From Macrostomum hystrix (taxonomy: Eukaryota > Animalia > Platyhelminthes), in NCBI GenBank assembly GCA_950097015.1, contig CATNEN010000004.1, positions 1 to 64,000 on the forward strand: a stretch of DNA of 64,000 bases. Direction: 5' to 3'. Both the position numbers and the translations under genes were made by a program. Shown in pieces: positions 1 through 12,944 of the stretch. Positions within the stretch are counted from its first letter, which is position 1. Every line of letters starts with the position of its first letter. The notes under the pieces were generated by a model. That model saw only the letters and a program-made list of their open reading frames with translations, was not told where the DNA came from and did not search any database.

Positions 1-1664
1 TTCAGCCTGAAGCTGGTTAATCTCTACCGCAAGAGCAGCAAGTATGAGCGCAACTATGAGGAACCGTGAGCACAGTATTTTTCTGTTTTTTAGGGGGGGA
101 GGGAAGTTACTAAAACACGTGTAGGATTGTTTGTGGATAAGATTGAGGATTAAAATAGATCTCCGACTTAGACCTTTTTGAAAGTTAGTTCGTATTTGAA
201 ATACCCCTTTGCTCTTTCTACTGTTAAGGGAATAATGGATTAGATAAGAACTTTCAGTGTCAATGTGATGGAATTTCTAATTGGGAAGAAGCTGATTAAA
301 TTGGACGTGATCACGCAAAGGGAAGGAATGTCTGGAATATATATTTGGAAACAAATGGATAGGTTAAGTCACTGATAACGAGTGGATTAGATATCGTGAT
401 CGATAGGATGGGATGATTTGATGGGATGGGATAACTTAAAGGGATAGAATGGGATGGGATGGGATGGGATACCTTTATTGGATAGTATGGATAACTTGAT
501 GAGATTCGGTGGGATAACTAACTCATAATGAGTGGATGAGATAGCTTGATGGGATAGGATGGAATAACTTGACGGGATCGTAAAGGATGGGATAACTTGA
601 TGGGGTGGGATTGGATAACTTGAGGGGTGGGATTGGATAACTTGATGGGGTGGGATTGGATAACTTGATGGGTGGGATTGGATAACTTGATGGGGTGGGA
701 TTGGATAACTTGATGGGGTGGGATTGATAACTTGATGGGGTGGATTGGATAACTTGATGGGGTGGGATTGGATAACTTGATGGGGTGGGATTGGATAACT
801 TGATGGGGTGGGATTGGATAACTTGATGGTGGGATTGGATAACTTGATGGGGTGGGATGGATAACTTGATGGGGTGGGATTGGATAACTTGATGGGGTGG
901 GATTGGATAACTTGATGGGGTGGGATTGGATAACTTGATGGGGTGGGATTGGATAACTTGATGGGGTGGGATTGGATAACTTGATGGGGTGGGATTGGAT
1001 AACTTAATGGGATTCGATGGGATAATTTGATGGGGTGGGATTGGATAACTTGATGGGATGGGATTGAATAACTTAATGGGATTCGATGGGATAATTTGAT
1101 GGGATAGGATGTGATAACTTGATGGGATAGGATGTGATAACTTGATGGGATAGGATGTGATAACTTGATGGTATAAAATGGGATAGCTTGATGCGATAAA
1201 ATGGGATAAATTGGGATAAATTGATGGATAAAATAGGATAACTTGATGGGAAGGATTATTTGTCATCTCGATAAATTAAATTAAATATTCCCTGTACTCC
1301 TATTTGTTCCCGCAGGGACTACATGACCTACCAGGGATTCTGCCCGAGTGACACGGTACCTCTGGACGGGTGAGTTATGAATCCACATGCCAATTGTGGC
1401 TCTAGCTGCAGTTTGCCGATGTACTTTTATACCTCCGTCGCCCGCCCTACAATTTTCGCATGGCTTGACATTCTTTATTAACGGCTCCGGAATTTAAATA
1501 GCAATCTTTGCCTCTCAGTTCTGGATTCCGCCTTCTATGCCGATTCTTTTTCTGGGCAATCAAAGCATTGCTTTCCGAGAAACAGTGCTTCAATGTTGTA
1601 AGCGCATACGGCAGGTTATCTATTCTATCTCTGACCCCTGGCATGACTGACTGACTGACTGACT

Positions 1665-1696
<32 letters not shown>

Positions 1697-3606
1697 TATT
1701 TTTTTAAAGCTGACAAAACTAAACAAAAATCGTCATAACCGCAGGCGGCATAGGCGAGGCAAAGCGACCGCTTCCGCCAAAGGTACGTCTTGAATCGCTC
1801 TAGAATTTAAAATCACAAGATTCGAGCATTTTCCTGACGCCTACTAACAGTAGTCATCGTGCGCATATTAATTATAATATAATCAAGTTTCATGAACAAT
1901 TTAATGTCGCACGTGGCTGTAATCGCTTTTTCTTCTAACTGTTCTTCTGAATGTTTTATATCGATCTCATTCCTTTTTTATGCTTCACTTGGGCCACTGT
2001 TTCGGCCTTTGAATTTAGAGTCCTATATGGGTTTATCACAATACGTCCACAGTTAGAAAATAGAGAAATTGACTGAATTCACCAAGATCTACATTACTTC
2101 GAGAACTTTAGTACAATATACTCCAGAAAAGCTATTTTATTTGGCTAAGCCCTTTGGCCTGCATAGCTCAGCTCTTGTAAGTTATTTTAGTTAGCTTTTT
2201 CCTCTATGGTTGTGTTCTTGGAAATTTTCTGGGTTGCCAATTTTTCCTCTAGACTAAATAACTTTGTTTTTACCTCAAGCACTTTAAACAGGGAGTAGCC
2301 AACATAGGGAATTTCAGCTGAGAAGGAGCACTACCCAAATAAGCGGAAGTGAGGTGGGCACTACCCAAATAAGCGGAAGTGAGTTGAGCACTACCCAAAT
2401 TAGCGGAAGTGGGGTGAGCACTACCCAAATTAGCGGAAGTGAGGTGAGCACTACCCAAATTAGCGGAAGTGAGGTGAGCACTACCCAAATAAGCGGAAGT
2501 GAGGTGAGCACTACCCAAATTAGCGGAAGTGAGGTGAGCACTACCCAAATTAGCGGAAGTGGGTGAGCACTACCCAAATTAGCGGAAGTGAGGTGAGCAC
2601 TACCCAAATTAGCGGAAGTGAGGTGAGCACTACCCAAATAAGCGGAAGTGAGGTGAGCACTACCCAAATTAGCGGAAGTGAGGTGAGCACTACCCAAATA
2701 AGCGGAAGTGGGGTGAGCGCTACCCAAATTAGCGGAAGTGAGGTGAGCACTATCCAAATTAGCGGAAGTGAGGTGAGCACTACCCTAGGCTTGCTAAAAT
2801 TAGCGGAAGTAAGGTAATAGTAGATAATAATTAGTACTCGTAATTGTATGTGTTTTTCGCATGGTTTTTTTTAAAGGTTTTATTAAAAAATCGAAGTTTT
2901 TGCAATTTGCTCGTCAGTGCTTGAATGTCGCTTAATGTAATCAGACGTCATACTGTAGAACTATCGCTTGCGTTAGGTAATGAAACTTGAAACTATTAGA
3001 TTTTATTTTCTGAGCAGTTGGCAGGGGCATAAATAGACCCATTGTTTTATCCGGCTGCACCGAATGCACTTACTGGTAGATTTAGTGCCACTTTTACCCG
3101 TAACTTTCGAAGTCATTCAACTGTGCGTCAGTGCAGCTTTGTTGTCTATTTAGCTTCAAATATTGTTATGTTTAACGATGCAACTGTCCTAACTTCAATA
3201 TTATAGGGCGTAGAAATCGAGGAATTCACAGAATTTCGAGAATTTCACAGATTCGTTACTACTACGTTACATAAGATACTTAGTCCATAGCAATGAACTC
3301 TTTTCTCACGCACTCGCGCAAATCACAGGAGGAGGAAAGTCCCGCGCCGAACGGGCGTCTAGGGGCGGCGGAGGCGGCAGGCGGCTACAGAATCAGCAGC
3401 AGCAGCAGGCTCTGGCTCATCCTCGCGATTCAGAGGCGGCCGCAGTCGCTGTAGCCAGCTCTAATAGGCGCTGTCAGCAGTTGCAAATGCAACAGTTGCA
3501 ACTGCAGCATATGCAACAACAGCAGCAGAATCCGCATCAGCATTTGCCACAGCAGCAGCGCTATAGCCAACTGCCACCCTACGCTTTAGAGGCATATGAC
3601 TATTAA
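1..3606 (+). CDS. 3' end of a spliced gene (exons <1-65, 1316-1369, 3291-3606); C-terminal tail of an unidentified protein, weakly prominin-like
   Basis: GT-AG junctions (cc|gtgag, cgcag|g, gg|gtgag, catag|c) are all phase 2. They give a continuous frame FSLKLVNLYRKSSKYERNYEEPDYMTYQGFCPSDTVPLDGNELF...Q-rich...YALEAYDY*. FSLKLVNLYRK resembles the post-TM5 prominin motif FAVKLAKYYRR, judged by eye only. Confidence 0.7.
380..1255 (+). repeat. Intronic minisatellite, 23-nt unit TGGGGTGGGATTGGATAACTTGA, with degenerate GGGAT-rich flanks
   Basis: Direct tandem periodicity at about 580-1150, inside intron 66-1315. Confidence 0.95.
1644..1697 (+). repeat. (GACT)n microsatellite
   Basis: About 12 tandem GACT units; possibly the 3' tail of a retroposon fragment. 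Confidence 0.9.
2325..2812 (+). repeat. Intronic minisatellite, 30-nt unit GAGCACTACCCAAATTAGCGGAAGTGAGGT
   Basis: About 15 tandem units inside intron 1370-3290. Confidence 0.95.
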
Positions 3607-4924
3607 AGTTGACTTATTTTATAGAGTTAAGAGTAATGAGAATGGGTACGAATTTATGTTTATAAGTCTTTGTTTATGCTTTATTAAGCAATCACGTAAT
3701 TTTCTCGTGTTTTTTAAGGCCAGTTGTTGGTTCATAGCATACAAGTCATGTGTTGTAATCACCAGAAATGCAGAATATGTAAATGAATTGGTAAGCAAAT
3801 GAAGCTAATAAATAGATAGACCAGAAGAAGGCAGTGAAGGTCAGCTAAAATAGATCAGTATGACGTCAGTGACAGTTAGCTAAAAATAGATTAGGTTGAC
3901 GTCACTAAGTGATAGCTAAAATAGATTAGGATGACGTCACCGAAGGTTAGCTAAAATTAGACTGAATGATGTGAAAAATGTATTCAGACAAAGTTGATGT
4001 TACTTGGTTTTTGTAATTATCTTTTTTTGTTCGCCGCATTGAGTTATTAAGCTTAATTAATTTATTGTTTTTTTTTTTTTACCTGTCGTACTTTATTGCC
4101 TACATTTTTATGCAATGAAAATTTTCCAAATCTATGATAATTCAAACAGAGTAGATTTGTAATGTATATTACCAGATTGTGAAAGCTTGTGATTTGTTCC
4201 TTAATCAACGTATTTTATTATCAGTGCAAGTTTTAAACAACAACAACAACAATAGACTTGATCAGTTTTGCCTCTTTCGCGCATAGCACGATATTATTTT
4301 AATAAAGCGAATAGCTCTTGTTAATCTAGTATTATTATTTATGCAGCTTGTTTTGAATACTCCCATCGATTGGCTTTATACCTGCATGCCTATTTACTTA
4401 GATAATGCTTTATTAGTTATAAATATTAAAGCAATCAAGCAGTCTATTATTCTGCAATCAGTTTTTTAAATGTTACATTTTTCTTCTAGTCAGACAGACT
4501 GTAACTAAGTGGATTAAATGACGTTATTGTTAACGAATAGGGCTCGTTCTTCTAAAGGAAAAAATTTTTATCATCTGCCTTCACCGCTTCGACAGTCAAG
4601 TCAAGTGTTTTTAATCATTTTTCTGTTTCCAAAGCCTTTTTTCCTGTTTCATCAGCAGCTTAATGTTGGGTGATTATACCAATATTGTCTTTTTGGCTAC
4701 CTTTTTGCTATATAATACTCGAAAGCGATATGCACTACTTAGTTTTGTTGTAATCAGTAGTGCAATATGTGTATATAATTGCTTGGCAATAGCTGCTTAT
4801 CGCGCTTTTTTTAATGCGATCTCGTTAGTTCATTAAGTCAGTTTTGAGTAATTATTTTTCATATTCATAGCACTAGGTTTTTTGTTGTTGTTTTATGTGC
4901 AATAATTATATTTACACTGCAATA

Positions 4925-5198
4925 ATTTGATAATAATAATAATTAATTATCACACCTGCCCCATTGGGCCAGATATGCAGCCGACAGCACGGCTGTTCAG
5001 TCCATGGACTGGGGGGACGCCACACCCACCTTTAATTATCCCAGCAAATTCTGTTACCCATTTAACAGCTGGGTGAACTGAAGCAATGCAGAGTTAAGTG
5101 TCTTGCTAAAGGACACAAATTGTTTCAGTGGAGTCAGGAATCGAACCCCCGACCTACAAGTCCTGAGTCCGCCGCTCTAACCTCAAGGCTACAACAGC
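4925..5198 (-). mobile_element. tRNA-headed SINE with a CORE-like central domain (family A)
   Basis: The minus strand shows an A-box-like TAGCCTTGAGGTTAGAGC, B box GGTTCGATTCC, CORE-like GTGTCCTTTAGCAAGACACTTAAC...CAGTTCACCCAGCTGTTAAATGGGTA, and an (ATT)n tail. Confidence 0.75.
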
Positions 5199-5624
5199 AT
5201 ACTTTTTTAATTACAAAAAATATTTTTTACACTACAAACTACTGCATGAAAGGGTAGAGTAGCACATATCTCTCGATTTTTGTGTGTGAAGTTAATACCA
5301 TCCACTTGATAAATAGAACTTAAAAACATTGCTATCTGTTTGACTCTTTATGTTGTCTCCACCTTGCCAGTTATAAGATACCCCTGGCAACACTTATCCT
5401 AACCCTGTCTATATTTGATTTGCTATTTTTCAAAATACATACATACGCAGTGTTTCTTGCACTTCTAAATAAATTTATTCGGCCGTAAGAATTTCCCAGT
5501 TTCCAGTTTGAATGCACCGCGGATGGTTACAGCATCTGTTCTGCAATTCATTGCCTCATCAACAAAACTAAATTGTATTTTTCTCTACCTCTGCCTTTAT
5601 TTTAAGGCCTTTTGACTATTACGG

Positions 5625-8600
5625 GGCTTACTAAAATTAGCGGAAGTGGGTTGAAGAACTAGGCTTGCTAAAATTAGCGGAAGTGGGTTGAGAACAAGGC
5701 TGACTAAAGTTAGCGGAAGTGGGTTGAGAACTAGGCTTACTAAAGTTAGCGGAAGTGGGTTGAGAACTAGGCTTGACTAAAGTTAGCGAAGTGGGTTGAG
5801 ATCTAGGCTTACTAAAATTAGCGGAAGTGGGTTGAGAACTAGGCTTACTAAAGTTAGCGGAAGTGGGTTGAGAACTAGGCTTACTAAAGTTAGCGGAAGT
5901 GGTTGAGAACTAGGCTTACTAAAGTTAGCGGAAGTGGGTTGAGAACTAGGCTTACTAAAGTTAGCGGAAGTGGGTTGAGATCTAGGCTTACTAAAATTAG
6001 CGGAAGTGGGTTGAGAACTAGGCTTGCTAAAATTAGCGGAAGTGGGTTGAGATCTAGGCTTACTAAAATTAGCGGAAGTGGGTTGAGAATCTAGGCTTAC
6101 TAAAATTAGCGGAAGTGGATTGAGACTAGGCTTGCTAAAATTAGCGGAAGTGGGATTGAGAACTAGGCTTGCTAAAATTAGCGGAAGTGGGTTGAGAACA
6201 GGCTTGCTAAAATTAGCGAAAGTGGTTGAGATCTAGGCTTGCTAAAATTAGCGGAAGTGGATTGAGAACTAGGCTTGCTAAAATTAGCGGAAGTGGGTTG
6301 AGAACTAGGCTTGCTAAAATTAGCGGAAGTGGGTTTGAGATCTAGGCTTACTAAAATTAGCGAAGTGGGTTGAGATCTAGGCTTACTAAAATTAGCGGAA
6401 GTGGGTTGAGATCTAGGCTTACTAAAATTAGCGAAGTGGGTTGAGATCTAGGCTTACTAAAATTAGCGGAAGTGGGTTGAGAACTAGGCTTGCTAAAATT
6501 AGCGGAAGTGGGTTGAGATCTAGGCTTACTAAAATTAGCGGAAGTGGGTTGAGAACAGGCTTACTAAAATTAGCGGAAGTGGGTTGAGATCTAGGCTTGC
6601 TAAAATTAGCGGAAGTGGTTGAGAACTAGGCTTGCTAAAATTAGCGGAAGTGGGTTGAGAACTAGGCTTACTAAAATTAGCGGAAGTGGGTTGAGATCTG
6701 GCTTACTAAAATTAGCGGAAGTGGGTTGAGAACTAGGCTTGCTTAAAATTAGCGGAAGTGGGTGAGAACTAGGCTTGCTAAAATTAGCGGAAGTGGGTTG
6801 AGAACTAGGCTTGCTAAAATTAGCGGAAGTGGGTTGAAGACTAGGCTTGCTAAAATTAGCGGAAAGTGGGTTGAGAACTAGCTTGCTAAAATTAGCGGAG
6901 TGGGTTGAGAACTAGGCTTGCTAAAATTAGCGGAAGTGGATTGAGAACTAGGCTTGCTAAATTAGCGGAAGTGGGTTGAGAACTAGGCTTGCTAAAGTAG
7001 CGGAAGTGGGTTGAGATCTAGGCTTGCTAAAATTAGCGGAAGTGGGTTGGAACTAGGCTTGCTAAATTAGCGGAAGTGGGTTGAGAACTAGGCTTGCTAA
7101 AATTAGCGGAAGTGGGTTGAGATCTAGGCTTGCTAAAATTAGCGGAAGTGGGTTGAGAACTAGGCTTGCTTAAATTAGCGGAAGTGGGTTGAGAACTAGG
7201 CTTGCTAAAATTAGCGGAAGTGGGTTGAGAACTAGGCTTGCTAAAATTAGCGGAAGTGGGTTGAGAACTAGGCTTGCTAAAATTAGCGGAAGTGGGTTGA
7301 GAACTAGGCTTGCTAAAATTAGCGGAAGTGGATTGAGAACTAGGCTTGCTAAAATTAGCGGAAGTGGGTTGAGAACTAGGCTTGCTAAAATTAGTGGAAG
7401 TGGGTTGAGATCTAGGCTTGCTAAAATTAGCGGAAGTTAGTTGAGAACAAGGCTTGCTAAAATTAGCGGAAGTGGGTTGAGAACTAGGCTTGCTAAAATT
7501 AGCGGAAGTTAGTTGAGAACAAGCTTGCTAAAATTAGCGGAAGTGGGTTGAGAATGAGACTTGCTAAAATTAGCGGAAGTGGGTTGAGAATGAGGCTTGC
7601 TAAAATTAGCGGAAGTGGGTTGAGATCTAGGCTTGCTAAAATTAGCGGAAGTTAGTTGAGAACAAGGCTTGCTAAAATTAGCGGAAGTGGGTTGAGAATG
7701 AGACTTGCTAAAATTAGCGGAAGTGGGTTGAGAATGAGGCTTGCTAAAATTAGCGGAAGTGGGTTGAGAACTAGGCTTGGTAAAATTAGCGGAAGTGGTT
7801 GAGAACTAGGCTTGCTAAAATTAGCGAAGTGGGTTGAGATCTAGGCTTACTAAAATTAGCGGAAGTGGATTGAGAACTAGGCTTGCTAAAATTAGCGGAA
7901 GTGGGTTGAGATCTAGGCTTGCTAAAATTAGCGGAAGTGGGTTGAGAACTAGGCTTGCTTAAATTAGCGGAAGTGGGTTGAGAACTAGGCTTGCTTAAAT
8001 TAGCGGAAGTGGGTTGAGAACTAGGCTTGCTAAAATTAGCGGAAGTGGGTTGAGAACTAGGCTTGCTAAAATTAGCAGAAGTCGGTTGAGATCTAGGCTT
8101 ACTAAAATTAGCGGAAGTGGATTGAGAACTAGGCTTGCTAAATTAGCGGAAGTGGGTTGAGATCTAGGCTTGCTAAAATTAGCGGAAGTGGGTTGAGAAC
8201 TAGGCTTGCTTAAATTAGCGGAAGTGGGTTGAGAACTAGGCTTGCTTAAATTAGCGGAAGTGGTTGAGAATAGGCTTGCTAAAATTAGCGGAAGTGGGTT
8301 GAGAACTAGGCTTGCTAAAATTAGCGGAAGTGGGTTGAGAACTAGGCTTGCTAAAATTAGCGGAAGTGGGTTGAGAACTAGGCTTGCTAAAATTAGCGGA
8401 AGTGGGTTGAGAACTAGGCTTGCTTAAATTAGCGGAAGTGGGTTGAGAACTAGGCTTGCTTAAATTAGCGGAAGTGGGTTGAGAACTAGGCTTGCTAAAA
8501 TTAGCGGAAGTGGGTTGAGATCTAGGCTTGCTAAAATTAGCGGAAGTGGGTTGAGAACTAGGCTTGCTAAAATTAGCGGAAGTGGGTTGAGATCTAGGCT

Positions 8601-9083
8601 TGCTAAAATTAGCGGAAGTGGGTTGAGAACTAGGCTTGCTTAAATTAGCGGAAGTGGGTTGAGAACTAGGCTTGCTAAAATTAGCGGAAGTGGGTTGAGA
8701 ACTAGACTTGCTAAAATTAGCGGAAGTGGGTTGAGAACTAGGCTTGCTTAAATTAGCGGAAGTGGGTTGAGAACTAGGCTTGCTTAAATTAGCGGAAGTG
8801 GGTTGAGAACTAGGCTTGCTAAAATTAGCGGAAGTGGGTTGAGAACTAGGCTTGCTAAAATTAGCGGAAGTGGGTTGAGAACTAGGCTTGCTTAAATTAG
8901 CGGAAGTGGGTTGAGAACTAGGCTTGCTTAAATTAGCGAAGTGGGTTGAGAACTAGGCTTGCTTAAATTAGCGGAAGTGGGTTGAGAACTAGGCTTGCTA
9001 AAATTAGCGGAAGTGGGTTGAGAACTAGGCTTACCAAAATTAGCGGAAGTGGGTTGAGAACTAGGCTTGCTAAAATTAGCGGC
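5625..9083 (+). repeat. Minisatellite, 36-nt unit GAGAACTAGGCTTGCTAAAATTAGCGGAAGTGGGTT (~3.4 kb)
   Basis: Roughly 95 tandem units with scattered 1-nt indels; shares the core AAATTAGCGGAAGTG with the 30-nt array. Confidence 0.97.
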
Positions 9084-9864
9084 TTATAAGCCTCTTATTT
9101 GAGGCTTACTAAAATAAGAGTAGGTAAAGTTTCGCTAGTTCTGTTAGAGTCCCTGATTTGCTACTTTAATACCCTGCATCTAAAGTGTGAAGTGCAGACC
9201 AGTAATTAGTTTAAACCTTACTAAAAGCAAGCCCTGGTCATGTGTGCTCTGAGTGTGCTTAGGCAGTTTTTATCATTCTGTGTCGCTTCTCCGTTAGAAA
9301 AATCTGTTGCTGCATAATTCATGGCTGGCATGCTGCTTTGCTGACCAGCACAGTCGCTGTTGCTATGCGACCAAATGTCATTAGGCATTCCTGTGCGTCC
9401 TGAAGTACCTACTTCTCTGTCCCTAGCTGATCTTGTGCACTGCATGATAAAGCCCGGACTGAAAGAACCACGACGATTTTTTGCTGAATGTGAACTGGAC
9501 ACAAAAGCTTAGACTTTTCACTGTGGTTTCATTGCTAACGACACCCGGAGATACGACCACCGATTGGAGCACCTGTTGCTGCTGCTCAATCCCTTCAACT
9601 GCTAGCTGGGATTTTATCGCTAGACTTCCATCGAAGTTATGACTGACTGAAACTCAATAAATAATGTAAGCTGTTTTTCTCATTACTTCAGTTTTTCGAA
9701 ATCACATGATCGCAAATTATTAATTTCTTTGGTTGAAGATTAAAAAAGACTTAGCTAAAACAAAACATTAAACTGTCATGATACTGGTGATGCAATTTCA
9801 TTATTCCCAGATACTAGAAAATAGAAGAAGGGAGGCAAATTGATGAGACCAAGATGGGAACTAG

Positions 9865-11185
9865 TGGGATAAGCAAGGGAACTAGACTGAAGGTATAAAG
9901 AAGGCAACTGGTGGGATAAAGCAGGCAACTGGTGGGATAAAGCAGGCAACTGGTGGGATAAAGAAGGAAACGGGTGGGATAAAGAAGGCAACTGGTGGGA
10001 TAAAGAAGGAAACGGTGTGATAAAGAAGGCAACTGGTGGGATAAAGAAGCAACTGGTGGGATAAAGAAGGCAACTGGTGAGATAAAGAAGGCAACTGGTG
10101 TGATAAAGAAGGCAACTGGTGTGATAAAGAAGGCAACTGGTGGGATAAAGAAGGCAACTGGTGGGATAAAGAAGGCAACTGGTGGGATGAAGAAGGCAAC
10201 TGGTGGGATAAGCAAGGGAACTAGACTGAAGGTATAAAGAAGGCAACTGGTGGGATAAAGAAGGAAACGGGTGTGATAAAGAAGGCAACTGGTGGGATAA
10301 AGAAGGCAACTGGTGGGATAAAGAAGGCAACTGGTGAGATAAAGAAGGCAACTGGTGTGATAAAGAAGGCAACTGGTGTGATAAAGAAGGCAACTGGTGG
10401 GATAAAGAAGGCAACTGGTGGGATAAAGAAGGCAACTGGTGGGATAAGAAGGCAACTGGTGGGATAAGCAAGGGAACTAGACTGAAGGTATAAAGAAGGC
10501 AACTGGTGGGATAAAGCAGGCAACTGGTGGGATAAAGCAGGCAACTGGTGGGATAAAGAAGGAAACGGGTGGGATAAAGAAGGCAACTGGTGGGATAAAG
10601 AAGGAAACGGGTGTGATAAAGAAGGCAACTGGTGGGATAAAGAAGGCAACTGGTGGGATAAAGAAGGCAACTGGTGAGATAAAGAAGGCAACTGGTGTGA
10701 TAAAGAAGGCAACTGGTGTGATAAAGAAGGCAACTGGTGGGATAAAGAAGGCAACTGGTGGGATAAAGAAGGCAACTGGTGGGATAAAGAAGGCAACTGG
10801 TGGGATAAAGAAGGCAACTGGTGGGATAAAGAAGGCAACTGGTGAGATAAAGAAGGCAACTGGTGTGATAAAGAAGGCAACTGGTGGGATAAAGAATTGG
10901 CAACTGGTGTGATAAAGAAGGCAACTGGTGAGATAAAGAAGGCAACTGGTGTGATAAAGAAGGCAACTGGTGGGATAAAGAAGGCAACTGGTGGGATAAA
11001 GAAGGCAACTGGTGGGATAAAGAAGGCAACTGGTGGGATAAAGAAGGAAACGGGTGGGATAAAGAAGGCAACTGGTGGGATAAAGAAGGCAACTGGTGGG
11101 ATAAAGATGGCAACTGGTGGGATAAAGAAGGCAATTGGTGGGATAAAGAAGGCAACTGGTGGGATAAAGAAGGCAACTGGTGGGA
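9865..11185 (+). repeat. Minisatellite, 21-nt unit GATAAAGAAGGCAACTGGTGG
   Basis: Tandem units interrupted three times (about 9868, 10208, 10466) by the same spacer GATAAGCAAGGGAACTAGACTGAAGGTATAAA. Confidence 0.95.
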
Positions 11186-11464
11186 TATATAGCGCTTTAT
11201 ATATCTCTTCCGGGTTCGTACCTCGGGATCAAATCAAGAAGGAACTCAAACACAGTTAGTTTCCTAATTAGTTAGCTTAATAGAGCTCAAAGATACGTCT
11301 CTCTCGCGCTCGCGGGCGCTTTTTTCCGCGCTCAACTGGTGGGAAAACCAATGGAGCTAAACTGATGGGATATAGAAGGAATCAGGAAGAGAATGCGATA
11401 CTGATGAAGTCAGTCACTTGGCTTTAATTTCACCGGCAGATGAACCGCGGCCTATTGCGTCACG

Positions 11465-11770
11465 ATGCAGCAGCCCAGCCTCAGCCTCATCATTGGCCTG
11501 TCACTGCTTGGATTTATCCTGGGACTAGCCGGTGTGGGACTGGCCTGCAGTGTTCACTGGCACCGAAAGGCCAACCGCATGGGTTCAAGCCCGCAGCCTC
11601 CGCCGTCGATGCCACCACCAACGCCGACCTCACCGCCGCCGCAGGCCCAACCGCCTCCTCAGCCCTCGAAGCTGCTTTTGACTAAGCCCCCGGAGACAAT
11701 TATAATTGTTGAGCATTGTGATGAAATTGGGCGCGCATTAGCAGTGGCCTCTGAATTTCGCACTTTTTAA
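11465..11770 (+). CDS. Small ORF or terminal exon: one hydrophobic helix, basic stop-transfer and Pro-rich tail
   Basis: GC-rich island in AT-rich DNA. SLIIGLSLLGFILGLAGVGLAC is followed by HRKANR and a poly-Pro tail. No family recognised. Confidence 0.45.
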   Translation: MQQPSLSLIIGLSLLGFILGLAGVGLACSVHWHRKANRMGSSPQPPPSMPPPTPTSPPPQAQPPPQPSKLLLTKPPETIIIVEHCDEIGRALAVASEFRTF

Positions 11771-12944
11771 AGCAGGCTTAACGAATTTTGTTTTTTCAAT
11801 TTTTTCCTTAAAGTCTTTCATTATTTTTCGCAGTATGCAGATTTATTTTTTGTTCTAAAGTACAATTATTCCTCATCGCATGCTCTGCTTAATTGGAGTT
11901 TCACCGGCAGTCTCTTTCATTTGTTTTTTATAAATACCGATGATTTATATTAAAAAAGCACGCGTCGTCGTAAAGGTTTTTACGTCACAGCAAAATTTTG
12001 TAAGAAGCGTCTGCAGCTAATTTATGCACGATTTACCAGGGAATGGGTTCCACGAAGTTTTGGTTAAGTTGAGCCCATCATATAATTCTAAAAAGTGTAG
12101 CTAATAATTAAGCTTCTTGCCCTGATTCAGCAAACATCATACGAGTACATAAGAAAAGGCTGGATATGTGCGTAACTATAAAAACTATTGGTACAATATA
12201 ACTTAATATAGCTTCATGGTTTTAATGTTTTTTTTCGCAGATGCACTGTATGTTTTCAGTGGCACTCAAATTGAGGTGACATTTTCTTATTGGCCCCAGC
12301 TGCAATCCTGCATATATAGCCACCGCAATTAATCTAAGACTTCGTTTTGTTATTTTGTACGTATATGCATGGTATAATGCGGTTTCATTTCATTTCGTGG
12401 GGTATGAATGCAAGTTCATTTGTGGGGGTACGACGAGCTAAATTATTGTAATTTACTACTTGCAACCCTTCGGGCGTATAAAAGGGAATCCAAACGGATT
12501 AGCTTTCGTGTGTGCATGCACCGCGCCTTCGTGTTTAGACGTGTGTTTGGGTGGCTTTCATGTATGCGTCCGACTTGTGAGCTATTTTCTATGGTCCGCT
12601 CCGTGGCTGGGTTAAACCATAGATCTTATATAATATTTATGGTTAAACTGCTCACTTTTATCGGAAAATGTGCGCGAGACAGTTCTATATAAACTTCTGA
12701 TTTTTAAAAAACTTCTCTTGAAATATTATGAAAACTAATGAATCCACGTTCAAAAGCATCTTTAGGCAAAAATCTTCTGAATAATCAAATTATGTTAGCA
12801 TTTGTTTAAATACAATATACCATGCCTACAAAGCATTTACAAGTTTTAAATTCAACTCAGTTGCCATTTTTCGTGTGAGAATAACGCCGTACAAACGTTA
12901 ATAATCCTAACGTACGTAGAGCTACATTTTGAGCTATTCATACC

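Noticed and set aside
3480-3495. X-box-like GTTGCAAATGCAAC
   Set aside because: It lies inside a Gln-rich coding exon (LQMQQ), deviates from the consensus centre, and is far from a start site.
5625-9083. CRISPR-like array (36-nt period), and likewise the other 29-36-nt arrays
   Set aside because: Units are contiguous with no unique spacers, there are no cas genes, and the context is eukaryotic.
9221-9650. Possible minus-strand Ser-rich terminal exon (ORF 9221-9502 plus upstream frame)
   Set aside because: It needs an assumed frameshift to join the frames, has no recognisable motif, and has no confirmed upstream exon.
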